50,183 nt of DNA from a virus: the IMG/VR virus record IMGVR_UViG_3300025325_000003. One strand, written 5' to 3'. This document shows, one piece after another, positions 39,713 through 49,556 of this stretch; position 1 is the stretch's first letter, and every line of letters starts with the position of its first letter. A model generated the notes under the pieces. It was not told the DNA's origin, ran no database searches, and saw only the letters and a program-made list of their open reading frames with translations. A program made the translations under genes and the position numbers.

Positions 39713-40600
39713 ATGCCAAACGTTGACAAGGAACTCCACAACCCCGAGGTCACCAACGCCAACCTAATCAAGGAGCGCACGACTTCCAAGCCGAAGCGCG
39801 CCCTGAGGGGGGCGGCCGGTGGCACGTACGTCGGGCCGGTCCTTTCAACGGCTGCCATCGGTGACTCGTCCATAACCCACGCCACCGGCATCGCTGCCGG
39901 CGGGGTGGAGGACAGCACCGGGTTCCGTGAGTCCGACACCTATCGCATGGGTACCGCCGAGGACGCCGCTACGGCGACCGGGAGGCCGAACCCGGGGGCG
40001 GGCCCTGCCCGCACCGTGTACCGGTCGAACGGTATCTTCGGTGGGTCGGTTCCCGGCTACCCGGCGCAGCGGGCGGGGCAGCGTGACGCTGCCGCGGGCG
40101 CTGGTTTGACGGCAGAAGGTGCCGCACCTGCCTTCATGGACAAGCGGTCCAACATCTACGGCGACGGGGGCGAGGCCCTCGGCTCCGCGGGTCGCGGGAC
40201 GCGCGTCCTAGCAGGCGCTGTGGTCAAGGGCGACTTGGGGCAGGTCTCTGGACAGCCCCGCATCCCAGCACCGACCACGCAGGGCACGGCAAACCCGGCA
40301 GCGGGCGTCGTGTCCATCATCGCGGCAGCCGGGCAGGTCGAGTCCGACCTTCACGCGGACGACATCACTGGCGGGGCCAACGGCCGAACGGGCTGTGTCG
40401 TCTACGTCTTTGCGCGTGACACCGACACCGACGAGGACCTGGCACTGGTCCGCAAGGGAGACTTCGACACTACGACCGCTGGGGCCGTTACCGGCTGCAC
40501 GTCAATGACCGCGGCTACGTACTCTGTGTACACCGCATTCAAGGATGCCGCTGGTAACATCGGGCCCTGGTCGGCTCGTACGACCGTTGTCGTCTCGTAA
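39713..40600 (+). CDS. Gly/Ala-rich virion protein with a C-terminal Ig/FN3-like domain (295 aa), decoration-type candidate
   Basis: The C-terminal ...YSVYTAFKDAAGNIGPWSARTTVVVS resembles the last strands of FN3/Ig-like phage decoration domains. Confidence 0.45.
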   Translation: MPNVDKELHNPEVTNANLIKERTTSKPKRALRGAAGGTYVGPVLSTAAIGDSSITHATGIAAGGVEDSTGFRESDTYRMGTAEDAATATGRPNPGAGPARTVYRSNGIFGGSVPGYPAQRAGQRDAAAGAGLTAEGAAPAFMDKRSNIYGDGGEALGSAGRGTRVLAGAVVKGDLGQVSGQPRIPAPTTQGTANPAAGVVSIIAAAGQVESDLHADDITGGANGRTGCVVYVFARDTDTDEDLALVRKGDFDTTTAGAVTGCTSMTAATYSVYTAFKDAAGNIGPWSARTTVVVS

Positions 40601-40617
40601 TAAAGAAACCCCGAGGT

Positions 40618-40648
40618 CCCAGCCCGTGCCCGTCTCTGGCGGGCTGGG
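40618..40648 (+). terminator. Hairpin after the Ig-like gene (terminator or attenuator candidate)
   Basis: 9-bp stem cccagcccg / cgggctggg with a 13-nt loop. No U tract. Confidence 0.4.
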
Positions 40649-40685
40649 GCCCCCAAGAAGGCGCGTAGCGCCCAAGGAGTAAGAC

Positions 40686-41027
40686 ATGGCCTTCAAGGAG
40701 AGAAGCACAGGAGCAATCGATACGGTAGCCACCGACCTAGATTTCGGGGCACCGTACGTACGGCCCGTCCGTATCCGCTACGTCGCGTCAACCGACACTA
40801 CGACTTCGTGGGTCGTTGTTGATGCCGATGGATACAACGTGTTCACCGTCGCCTCGGGCGACTTCACGACCGCCGTTGACCAGGGCCTCGTCTATGACGC
40901 GGCCGAGGGCTCGGACGGTGCCGCCATTATCAACGAGGGAAGCAAGGTCTTCAAGAATCCGCTGACGGCGACGCCCTCGGGTGTGGGCGCCGGCACCGCC
41001 ACCCTGACCATTTGGGCGGAGGTGTAA
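40686..41027 (+). CDS. Small virion-module protein, paralog family member 2 (113 aa)
   Basis: C-terminus ...GTATLTIWAEV. Internal VVVDADGYNVF. Confidence 0.55.
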   Translation: MAFKERSTGAIDTVATDLDFGAPYVRPVRIRYVASTDTTTSWVVVDADGYNVFTVASGDFTTAVDQGLVYDAAEGSDGAAIINEGSKVFKNPLTATPSGVGAGTATLTIWAEV

Positions 41028-41028
41028 T

Positions 41029-41496
41029 ATGGCCCTTCGTAAGCAGGATTTCGAGGTCACAACCTCCCTGCCTACGGCGGCGCCGACCAAGTTCGCGGGA
41101 CAGTCGCGCGAGAGCGTAATCCGCTACTCCAACCGGCCGGCATGGCTGCTGGGCTTCGAACTCAGCGACGACCTGTTGACCGGAACGTTCGCGGGCTTCT
41201 GCGTGCGCGAGGTCGATGTCATCGATGACCCGACAGGGAACGGAACGGATGCAGATGCATCCGGGCGTGTCCTCTTTAACTACGTCCCGCACGCACTGGA
41301 CGCGAGCGGCAACCAGGGACCCGTATTTTTGTTCGCCGCCGAGTCCGTTGCCGTTGACGGAACTACAGTCGGAGAAGGACCGCCGGTCCTCTTCAACAGC
41401 AAAAAGCTGGAGGTCGAGGTCTTCGGCGGGGGTGCGGCAACTGATACTGTCACCGTTACCCTCTACTACGAGAGCGCCGGCGACTACAGGTTCTAG
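41029..41496 (+). CDS. Small virion-module protein, paralog family member 3 (155 aa)
   Basis: Internal LLGFEL and C-terminal TDTVTVTLYYE. Confidence 0.5.
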   Translation: MALRKQDFEVTTSLPTAAPTKFAGQSRESVIRYSNRPAWLLGFELSDDLLTGTFAGFCVREVDVIDDPTGNGTDADASGRVLFNYVPHALDASGNQGPVFLFAAESVAVDGTTVGEGPPVLFNSKKLEVEVFGGGAATDTVTVTLYYESAGDYRF

Positions 41497-41505
41497 GAGG
41501 CTAAC

Positions 41506-41958
41506 ATGGCACACGGAGAGACACAGGCCGTGCTCGGCCTCGGCCGGCCGGCTACTAACGTCCCCTCGCCGCACACGGCAGAGGATAATGACATCACAGG
41601 CATCCTTCAGGATGCTGATTTCGACGGCATTGTGGATGCTGACATGCTAGCGACGAATGCTGTAGGCACGGATGAAATTGCCGCGGATGCAGTGACCAAG
41701 GCCGAGCTAGCTGGTGGATTCATGAAAGCAACCGTTGCTTCGGGTGTAGATGAAACCGGCCCCAACAACATCCCCGCAACTGGAATGGCCGTGGGTGATG
41801 AGGTCGTGGCGGTCCTCGTGTTCACAACCGAGGCATCTCTCGCTACGATGATATCTCACGCCGGAACGTTCACCGCAGCCGCTGACGGTTGTACAGCCGG
41901 TACGCCGGTAGACAATACCAGCAACCAGTACATAGTCATCTGGCTCGACCTAACGTAA
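41506..41958 (+). CDS. Small virion-module protein, paralog family member 4 (150 aa)
   Basis: C-terminus ...NQYIVIWLDLT. Same size class and position as the other members. Confidence 0.45.
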   Translation: MAHGETQAVLGLGRPATNVPSPHTAEDNDITGILQDADFDGIVDADMLATNAVGTDEIAADAVTKAELAGGFMKATVASGVDETGPNNIPATGMAVGDEVVAVLVFTTEASLATMISHAGTFTAAADGCTAGTPVDNTSNQYIVIWLDLT

Positions 41959-41968
41959 GGGAGGAACT

Positions 41969-42292
41969 ATGGCAGTCTTCTGCTACCGTTGCAGGAGCTG
42001 CGGTGTTCGCTGGCAGGGCGACTTTGCCGGCGAGCATTGCAGCACGCCCGACGTCATACGCGATTATCGCTCAGAGGCCGCTGGCTTTGCCGTTGGCAGC
42101 CTGAAGCGAGAGCGCGAGGCCGGCGGGTCGAAGGCTGTCCGCGACAAGTTCCTTCCAACCATAGACGATTTCAAAGGCCCCTCTGACCCTGATGGGTCGG
42201 AGGGCCTTCGTCAATGGGCTGACGAGCACGACCCCAAACCCGGCAACAAGAGGCCGATGTACCCCGACGGCATACCGCGCAGGAGCTGGTAA
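41969..42292 (+). CDS. Zinc-ribbon protein (107 aa)
   Basis: N-terminal FCYRCRSCGVRWQG...HC resembles FmdB-type CxxC ribbons. Confidence 0.45.
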   Translation: MAVFCYRCRSCGVRWQGDFAGEHCSTPDVIRDYRSEAAGFAVGSLKREREAGGSKAVRDKFLPTIDDFKGPSDPDGSEGLRQWADEHDPKPGNKRPMYPDGIPRRSW

Positions 42293-42486
42293 TGCAGGCG
42301 TACATACAGAACGATGAGGGTAAGATTATCGCAACCTATTCTGGCTCGCAGCTCTTCGTATTTCCTGGAGTCGACCGCGCAGCTGTCGCCTTCTTTCTCT
42401 TCCAGCTCCTAATGGAAGCGATGCCGACTAAGACTCCACAGGTAACATGGGGAACGGCTTGGAGCCCTAGGAATGTGGGTACATAG
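42292..42486 (+). CDS. Hypothetical small protein (64 aa)
   Basis: TAATG-coupled start. Confidence 0.45.
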   Translation: MQAYIQNDEGKIIATYSGSQLFVFPGVDRAAVAFFLFQLLMEAMPTKTPQVTWGTAWSPRNVGT

Positions 42487-42488
42487 CT

Positions 42489-42713
42489 ATGACAACTGTT
42501 ACTATCCGGCATCCCGTAACTACGCGTCTTGACGACGTGGGAGCCGGCGTGTCATACGTTGGGGAAGCCTCGCCGGGCGAGGACACTGATGTCGCGCGCT
42601 GGCGCATCAAGCGAATTACCGAGACCGGTGCAGATATCGTTGTTGACTGGGCCGATGGTAACAACTCTTTTGATAACGTCTGGGACAACCGACTTTCGCT
42701 GGACTACAGCTAG
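42489..42713 (+). CDS. Hypothetical small virion-module protein (74 aa)
   Basis: ORF on the operon strand. Confidence 0.5.
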   Translation: MTTVTIRHPVTTRLDDVGAGVSYVGEASPGEDTDVARWRIKRITETGADIVVDWADGNNSFDNVWDNRLSLDYS

Positions 42714-42724
42714 AGGAGTAGACG

Positions 42725-44620
42725 ATGGCGATAGGTGATGACTTTGAAATTCAGGGTGACGGCGACATCCGGGCAGTTGCAGGGACAGCGAACTATACTG
42801 TCCTAGAACTGCACAGGTGGCTCCAGGGCTTGGCCGACGACGCCCAGGCTGCCAGCGACGACTTCATGGACATCACCGCCGCCACGCCTTCAGAGCGCTC
42901 GACGGACAACATCGTCACGCTGAACGCGCCCTTCAACATCAACGACGCGACCTCGCAGCGACTCTACGATGGGTCCATCACGCAGGCCGGCGGCGACACG
43001 GTCTACGCCGGTATCGTCGTCGTGGGCGCGGTGGAATCTGGAACCCAGATTCAGCTCTGGCAAGACGAGGCCGTCTACTCCTCGTTCTGGAGCACGGGCA
43101 TCAACGCCAACGCAGCCGCCAGTATCCTGACCCGGATGCTCGTCAAGGTCCGGCAGAACGGTGCGGATATCGACCAGAAGAAACTCATCTTCTGGGCGCG
43201 TGAGCTATCGGATACCTACGCAGAGTTCTCCCTCACCGCTGCCCTGGGTAACAACGTCGCGGCCCTCTTCACGGCCAACGACCTCAACAACCAGACTGAC
43301 TCCGCCACGATTGACACCTGGGACGACATTGTGAACACCGAGGGTTACCAGCTTTTCGACATCTCGGGCAACGCGGTCAACGAGCCGTACTACTCGCAGT
43401 GGGACAAGGCGTCGCGCACCGCCAACCAACTGTACGAGCGAACGAAGTGGATTGCTCGTCGCGGCTCAACAGAGGCCATCCACTCGACGACCGGTCCGCT
43501 TTTCCGCGGCATCACCCACCAGTTCGACTACGACGGCGAGTTGCAGACTTTCGCCGAAGACGCCATCATCGCGTGGGGTACGTCCTTCGCCTACGACGGC
43601 GGCACGGGCACCGTCCCAGCCGCCGGCCAGTACTGGGAGAACCTGACCACGGGCGGCGTCGGGAAGGTCGTCCACGTCAGCTCGGGCGCGGGCGCAACCG
43701 GTTCGGTCGTCCTTCAGCGCGAGGACCCGACTAGCCCGACGTGGGTGGACCCCGGCAACTTCTCGCTCCTCGGTGGGACAGGCAGCATCGACATCAACGG
43801 CGCCGTCACGGGAAATACGAATACGGGTGGTTCCGGCCGAATCCTCGCCCTCGACGACAACGGTGCAGATGGAGTCATCTGGCTCCAGCTCCTCAGCGGG
43901 GGTATCGGCGGCAACAACTACGTCATCTTCCAGCGGGGGACGACCGGTGCGTTCGCCGACCAGAACGGGGCCGCGACTGCCCGGACGGTTAAGCCCGAGT
44001 TCATCGGGACATTCACCGGAACGGCGTTCATCGGAGCATTCGGCATCGGCATGAAGCCGTCCGAGACAGCCGCCGCTGACCTGTTCACTGACCTTGTGGG
44101 CTCGACCTGGAACCCGCCCAACCTCCAGGATTTCACGGTCTTCGGACTCATCTCAGGCGACCGGGTACTGGTAGTGAACAACCAGGCCGGCGCGCCCGAC
44201 TTTGACCAGCTTATTTTGAACACGACTCTATCTGGAGGAGCCGAGACGCAGCTGGTCGTTACGGCTGCCATCCCGGCCGACACGCCAACGGCAGGGTCCC
44301 TTCGGGTCCAGCTCGACACCGGCGTCTACCGCTACGTGGAGTACGACTCCTGGTCGGGCAGCACGTTCCAGCTCGACGCCGCGTACCAGAACTGGGCAGA
44401 CCCGCTCGACGCGACGGCGCCTAAGAACGTCTTCATCGGCTACATCGACAAGGCTACGGCAACGACCGAGGAGACGGTCACGCTGGTCTTCAGCGGCGCT
44501 CGGACGATGTTCGTTCGCGTGCGCGACGGCGGAGTGACCCCCATCAAGACCTTCGAGACAACTGCTTCGTTTGGTACGGGCGGAGGTTCGGCAACGGCCA
44601 TTCGTACGTCTGACGCGTAA
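42725..44620 (+). CDS. Tail-associated structural protein (631 aa)
   Basis: Large ORF upstream of the beta-helix protein. No specific motif recognised. Confidence 0.5.
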   Translation: MAIGDDFEIQGDGDIRAVAGTANYTVLELHRWLQGLADDAQAASDDFMDITAATPSERSTDNIVTLNAPFNINDATSQRLYDGSITQAGGDTVYAGIVVVGAVESGTQIQLWQDEAVYSSFWSTGINANAAASILTRMLVKVRQNGADIDQKKLIFWARELSDTYAEFSLTAALGNNVAALFTANDLNNQTDSATIDTWDDIVNTEGYQLFDISGNAVNEPYYSQWDKASRTANQLYERTKWIARRGSTEAIHSTTGPLFRGITHQFDYDGELQTFAEDAIIAWGTSFAYDGGTGTVPAAGQYWENLTTGGVGKVVHVSSGAGATGSVVLQREDPTSPTWVDPGNFSLLGGTGSIDINGAVTGNTNTGGSGRILALDDNGADGVIWLQLLSGGIGGNNYVIFQRGTTGAFADQNGAATARTVKPEFIGTFTGTAFIGAFGIGMKPSETAAADLFTDLVGSTWNPPNLQDFTVFGLISGDRVLVVNNQAGAPDFDQLILNTTLSGGAETQLVVTAAIPADTPTAGSLRVQLDTGVYRYVEYDSWSGSTFQLDAAYQNWADPLDATAPKNVFIGYIDKATATTEETVTLVFSGARTMFVRVRDGGVTPIKTFETTASFGTGGGSATAIRTSDA

Positions 44621-44629
44621 GGGGCCTAG

Positions 44630-46465
44630 ATGACAGTTGCGGACTACTCCATACCCGAGTTGGCGACGCTGACTACCTGCGAAGTCACCACCGGCTTCGC
44701 GGAACCCGGAACGTGGACTTACGGGGGAGCGCCGGCGGACGAGACCGACTACTACATTCAGGGAACACACTGCGTCTCTAAGACGTTTGGTGGCGCGTCC
44801 CCCGGCCTTGGTGGTTTGATGTACGACTCGGGCTCGGACCAGGCGCTCGCCGCGGATGAGGTCTTCCTATGCTGGGTGTGGCACGCCGCCCCTCCCGCGA
44901 TGGACACGTATTCTGCTGGTGGGATGCGCTTGATGGTCGGGAGCGCGAACACGGCATTCAAATCGTGGTTCATCGGCGGGAGCGACATCACACCGTACAG
45001 CGGGTGGAAGTGCGTCCCGGTGGACCCGGCCATCACCTCCGAGGAGACCGTCGGGTCCCCGACAGCGGGCGTCCACCGGTTCTTCGGAATGGCCGCCAAG
45101 AGCATCAATGCTATCTCCAAGGGTAACCCGCTCGCCGTTGATGTCCTTCGCCAGGGTCGCGGAACACTGCTCGTCAAGAACGGAGAGGCAGGAGCATACG
45201 GAACCTTCTCCGGTGCGGCGGCGGAAGACCAGAACCCCACGAACCGGTGGGGCCTCATGCAGCTCATCGACGGTACCTACGTGTGGCAGGGCCACTTCAA
45301 GATGGGTGTCGCGGGCACCGTCGTCGACTTCCGCGACAGCAACAAGAACCTCGTCGTGGCAAACACCCTCAAGGTGCAGGTTGGATTCAACAAGCTGGAA
45401 ATCGTGAATGCTTCGTCACGGGTGGACTGGACGAACATCAGCATAACGGCGCTGGGCACGGTGTCGCGCGGCGACTTCGTGGTGACGGACAACGCAGACG
45501 TAAACCTGCTCTCCTGCACGTTCGACAACATGGGAACGTTCTCGTTCCTCGCCGCAACGGACGCCCTCTCCTGCATCTTCCGGAGCTGCGGGGCCATAAC
45601 CGCGCCGGGCAGCAACCTGAGCGGCTCCTCCGTGCTGACGAGCCGGGCGGCGACCAACACGTCCGCGGTCATCTGGGACGCGAACGTGAACCCCTCCACC
45701 AAGCTAGCGAACATGACGTTCTCGAAGGGGACGAACGCCCACCACGCCATCGAGTTCGGGACCACATCGCCGCTGACGATGGAGCTGGTCGGGGTGGCGT
45801 TCGGTACCGGCTTCAACGCCTCGAACGAGCAGAACGACTCGACCCTCCACATCCTGCGGAGCAGCGGCACCGTCAACATCACGCTCACGGGCTGCACGGG
45901 CAACATCTCGTACAAGTCCGCCGGGGCGACCGTTAACCTCATCTCCGGGACCGTCCCGCTCTCGGTCCACGTTCAGGACGTGAACACGGATAACGCCATC
46001 GTGGGCGCCCAGGTCCTCGTCGAGGTCGCCAGCGGCGTGAGCGGCTGGCCCTATCAGGAGTCCGTGACCATCACGCGGACAGGCGGGACAGCGACCGTCG
46101 AGCACGTCGGTCACGGGCTGGTGACGAACGACTGGGTCTCCATCAAGGGGGCGAACCAGGCGGAGTACAACGGGACGGCCCAGATAACGAGAACCGACAA
46201 CGACCACTATACCTACGCCGTGTCGGGCACGCCTGCCACCCCGGCCACCGGCAGCATCACCTCGACGTTCAACCCCATCAGCGGTGTGACGGACGGCAGC
46301 GGGAACATCAGCAACTCGTCCTACACCTTCTCCTCCGACCAGCCCGTGACCGGGCGGGTACGGAAGGCCACGGCGGGCACGTTGTACAAGACGTCGCCCA
46401 TCTCGGGCACAATCGATACCGACACAGGCTTTTCGGCGACAATCCTGATGATTCCAGACTCGTAG
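44630..46465 (+). CDS. Tailspike-like protein with probable parallel beta-helix repeats (611 aa)
   Basis: The central region has repeated short segments of about 22-25 aa: NISITALGT..., VNLLSCTFDNMGT..., LSCIFRSCGAI..., NMTFSKGTN..., VNITLTGCTGNISY... Confidence 0.5.
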   Translation: MTVADYSIPELATLTTCEVTTGFAEPGTWTYGGAPADETDYYIQGTHCVSKTFGGASPGLGGLMYDSGSDQALAADEVFLCWVWHAAPPAMDTYSAGGMRLMVGSANTAFKSWFIGGSDITPYSGWKCVPVDPAITSEETVGSPTAGVHRFFGMAAKSINAISKGNPLAVDVLRQGRGTLLVKNGEAGAYGTFSGAAAEDQNPTNRWGLMQLIDGTYVWQGHFKMGVAGTVVDFRDSNKNLVVANTLKVQVGFNKLEIVNASSRVDWTNISITALGTVSRGDFVVTDNADVNLLSCTFDNMGTFSFLAATDALSCIFRSCGAITAPGSNLSGSSVLTSRAATNTSAVIWDANVNPSTKLANMTFSKGTNAHHAIEFGTTSPLTMELVGVAFGTGFNASNEQNDSTLHILRSSGTVNITLTGCTGNISYKSAGATVNLISGTVPLSVHVQDVNTDNAIVGAQVLVEVASGVSGWPYQESVTITRTGGTATVEHVGHGLVTNDWVSIKGANQAEYNGTAQITRTDNDHYTYAVSGTPATPATGSITSTFNPISGVTDGSGNISNSSYTFSSDQPVTGRVRKATAGTLYKTSPISGTIDTDTGFSATILMIPDS

Positions 46466-46473
46466 GGGAGGAC

Positions 46474-46680
46474 GTGATGGCAGAGATGAATCCAACGGAA
46501 CTGCGAAACGCTCAGGCGCTGGCAAACAACCTCGCGGAGCTGCGCGTACACTTCGAGACGCGACTTCAGATACTGGAGAACGACGTAGCTACTATACGTT
46601 CGCTCATCGACCGACAGACGCAAGTTCTCGGAAACGTCATGCAGCGGATGATGGGGTCAGGGTCGACCGAGCAGGAGTAG
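46474..46680 (+). CDS. Small coiled-coil protein (68 aa)
   Basis: GGGGAGGA lies before GTGATG. Sequence is helical and heptad-like. Confidence 0.45.
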   Translation: MMAEMNPTELRNAQALANNLAELRVHFETRLQILENDVATIRSLIDRQTQVLGNVMQRMMGSGSTEQE

Positions 46681-46683
46681 ACC

Positions 46684-47187
46684 ATGGCTATCAGCGTAGA
46701 CTGGCCGACCAAAGTCATCACCATCCCGCAGGACTACTTAATCCCAATCATCGGAACGCTCTACGAGCTGGACACCGACCAGTTCCGGCTGGACCTCAAG
46801 AACCTTGAGGACGACTCAGCCGAGGGTATGGTGTGGCCCGACACCCATCGTCATAGCACAGCGGTCACGGTGGCGGGCGTGACGTACGCGCGGGTCATCG
46901 AAATCATCAACGGCTACCAGATTGAGTTCGTGGACGGCCAGTACACCGTACGCCTGGCGGGGTCGAACAATAACTTCTTCGACGTGGAGAACGGCATTCT
47001 AGTGCAGAATCAGGTTCAGGTCATCTCAACGAACTCGGCGGGGCTCATCATCGGGGCCGGCGCGGACCCAGGCGATGTGGCAGATGCGGTCTGGGATGAG
47101 GCTAGGTCAGGACATACGACTTCTGGCACGTTCGGCGAGTGGCTGCAGAAGCTTCTTACCGTTGCGAAGTTCCTAGGATTGAAGTAG
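46684..47187 (+). CDS. Tail-module protein (167 aa)
   Basis: ORF on the operon strand. The C-terminal AVWDEARSGHTTSGTFGEWL resembles a motif seen in short-tailed phage tail proteins; this is from memory and unverified. Confidence 0.45.
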   Translation: MAISVDWPTKVITIPQDYLIPIIGTLYELDTDQFRLDLKNLEDDSAEGMVWPDTHRHSTAVTVAGVTYARVIEIINGYQIEFVDGQYTVRLAGSNNNFFDVENGILVQNQVQVISTNSAGLIIGAGADPGDVADAVWDEARSGHTTSGTFGEWLQKLLTVAKFLGLK

Positions 47188-47196
47188 GAGATACAG

Positions 47197-47943
47197 GTGG
47201 ACCTCGAAGAGATGCGTACTGAGGTACGTGAGCGGGTCGGCGAGCTTACAGCAGACTTCTTTACCGATGCCGAGGTGGACCGAGCCATCAACGAGGGTCT
47301 GCGTCGATTCAGCGCCGAGGAGCCTTGGCCCTGGCTCTACACCGAGTGGTCCTCGGCCGTTATCGCGGACGCCGACACGCTGGAGCTGCCGGCGAACGTC
47401 TCACTGGGACGTGTCTTTAACCTCTCCATCTCCGGAGGCAACCTACTCCGCCCCCGGCTACTTGAGCGCCTCGAGCCACAAGCGGGTTTCCAGTCCCGCT
47501 TCCTATATTCAGCCTCAACCGGCATACCACTCTTCTACTACATCTCCTCCACCAACCTCGGGCTAGACGAGGCTCCACCCATCGTGTACACCGCTCGACT
47601 GGTACCCGTGGCTGACGCAGACTACGATGTTGAGGCTCTTTACCACGCTGTACCGGCCTTGCTTTCAGGCGCATCGGACGAACCGATGGCGCCGATTGAG
47701 TATCAAGAGGCTATAGTCGCTTGGGCTACCGGTAAGCTATTCCTCAAGGAGATGGCTATATCGCAGAAGGCTAATGAGCAGTTTGCGGTCTACCAAAAGG
47801 TCCTAGAGCAGGCTCGCAATGATGTACAGAGCATCCATCAGGATGAAGTTGTGGCCTGGGGACGGGAGCAGCCGCTGCCCTTCCGCCAGCGAACTAGGCG
47901 TGACTACGTCTACGAGCGTATTCCACCGACGCTAGGACCGTAG
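47197..47943 (+). CDS. Tail or adaptor-module protein (248 aa)
   Basis: GTG start follows AGGAGA. ORF on the operon strand. Confidence 0.45.
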   Translation: MDLEEMRTEVRERVGELTADFFTDAEVDRAINEGLRRFSAEEPWPWLYTEWSSAVIADADTLELPANVSLGRVFNLSISGGNLLRPRLLERLEPQAGFQSRFLYSASTGIPLFYYISSTNLGLDEAPPIVYTARLVPVADADYDVEALYHAVPALLSGASDEPMAPIEYQEAIVAWATGKLFLKEMAISQKANEQFAVYQKVLEQARNDVQSIHQDEVVAWGREQPLPFRQRTRRDYVYERIPPTLGP

Positions 47944-47944
47944 C

Positions 47945-48769
47945 ATGCCGGCGCTAATCACGAGCGTCGGTAGCGGCGCTAGCGCGGAGAACGCAGCGAG
48001 CGTTACGGCGACGTTCCCGGCAGGGTCGTTCGGGACGGACGACCTGTTCGTTGTGGTCGTTCAGAAGGATGGGACCATCACCACGCCATCGGGATGGACG
48101 GCGTTGGGTACAGCCTTGTCGACGGTGACCGACCAGTGGGTGATTCGGGGTTTTTACCGCTTCGCCACCCCGGGAGATGTGGGGGGAGGAGACAAGACGG
48201 TGACGTTCACAGGGTCATCATCGGACTTCTTTGTGCCGTTCAATATGGTCGTCACGAACTTGGAGTCAACTCTGCCTTCATCGGTACATGGCATCGGGTC
48301 GAACACCACGGATAACCAAGCCTCCGCCAGCGGCGCGACCCCCAGAACGGCAGCGGTAGAAGCGCACGACAACGGGGCGGGCGATGGTTTCACCAGGCTG
48401 GCGCTGTACTACGGGGAGTTCGAAACGCCGGCGGCAGATTCGGCGCAGAGCATAACCTGCGACCGGGGCACGCTGCTCGACACCTTCAATGTGGACGGCT
48501 GGGCGTACAATGCCGACAACCTGGCGGTCGTGTACTATGAGCGCCTCGGGGCTGCTGACGGCGACGAGGCGACCTTCACCATGACGGCGACGTGGACGGG
48601 CGGGGGAAACCGGGACTTCACGGCCGGCCGCTTCGTCATCCCCTATACGGGCATCCCGTTCGACGTAGACGAAGGTGGGCTAGATTACGATGCGCTCACC
48701 GTTCGCATACCAAGCTTACCCTACTACCTAGACACAGGAGTACTTGGTGACCCTGCCGCTCTTTCGTGA
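47945..48769 (+). CDS. Tail-module protein (274 aa), possibly paralogous to 48744..49556
   Basis: DDLFVVVVQKDGTITTPSGWTALG here compares with GDLLVALLFWRNVGAADVTPPTGWMG in the next gene. Confidence 0.45.
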   Translation: MPALITSVGSGASAENAASVTATFPAGSFGTDDLFVVVVQKDGTITTPSGWTALGTALSTVTDQWVIRGFYRFATPGDVGGGDKTVTFTGSSSDFFVPFNMVVTNLESTLPSSVHGIGSNTTDNQASASGATPRTAAVEAHDNGAGDGFTRLALYYGEFETPAADSAQSITCDRGTLLDTFNVDGWAYNADNLAVVYYERLGAADGDEATFTMTATWTGGGNRDFTAGRFVIPYTGIPFDVDEGGLDYDALTVRIPSLPYYLDTGVLGDPAALS

Positions 48770-49556
48770 CTCGGAGCTTGTAAAGGAAGAGGTTGCTGTT
48801 CCCTCCATAACTGGCGGGGGCGCACTCACAAGGGTGGATGGAGACCTGCTAGTCGCCCTATTGTTCTGGCGTAATGTTGGAGCAGCGGACGTAACGCCGC
48901 CGACGGGTTGGATGGGCAGTAACAAGTTGACAACCGGTATCTTCCATAACCGCGGGCAGCTCTTTTGGAAAATAGCGGCCAGCGAGCCCGCGACTTGGAC
49001 GTGGACGCTTAACGCCACGTCGACCTGTGTCTTGGTACTTCACGCGTATGACCCGTCAGGATATGATTACGATGAGAGCAACGAGCATATTAATACGGCA
49101 ACAGACGGCTCAGTTGAGGTACCAGCCCTTGAACAGGGTCTACCGCTAGGGGGCTCAGGCCTGCGGTTATTCATAGCGGCGTCGAACCGAACGGACCCGC
49201 CGGCGTCTACGGTCGACATCGCGGCGAGCGAGGCCCCTCCATTGACGCAGCGGGAATCTACCCTGTTCAGCACAGGAACACAGCGGATACAGTACCGTAC
49301 CTACGATGAGCTTTTTGCCTGGCCTAATCAACAGCCACGAAACTTCGTAGACCCAGATGGGGCAGGACTACAGGTTGTCATACACGCAACGTTCGCCGAC
49401 TTGGATATACTTCCGTTCGATGAACTTCTGTACGTGATTTATGATTACCTAGCGCTGATAACGCGGCTAATGGCGTTACCGTTCAGCTTGAACGCACAGA
49501 TACTAGAAGGACTAGAGGGACCCGAGTGGCTAAACGACGAATCCGAACTGTCCTAG
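48744..49556 (+). CDS. Tail-module protein (270 aa)
   Basis: ORF on the operon strand. Start is uncertain (TTG 48744 or GTG 48747). Confidence 0.45.
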   Translation: MVTLPLFRDSELVKEEVAVPSITGGGALTRVDGDLLVALLFWRNVGAADVTPPTGWMGSNKLTTGIFHNRGQLFWKIAASEPATWTWTLNATSTCVLVLHAYDPSGYDYDESNEHINTATDGSVEVPALEQGLPLGGSGLRLFIAASNRTDPPASTVDIAASEAPPLTQRESTLFSTGTQRIQYRTYDELFAWPNQQPRNFVDPDGAGLQVVIHATFADLDILPFDELLYVIYDYLALITRLMALPFSLNAQILEGLEGPEWLNDESELS

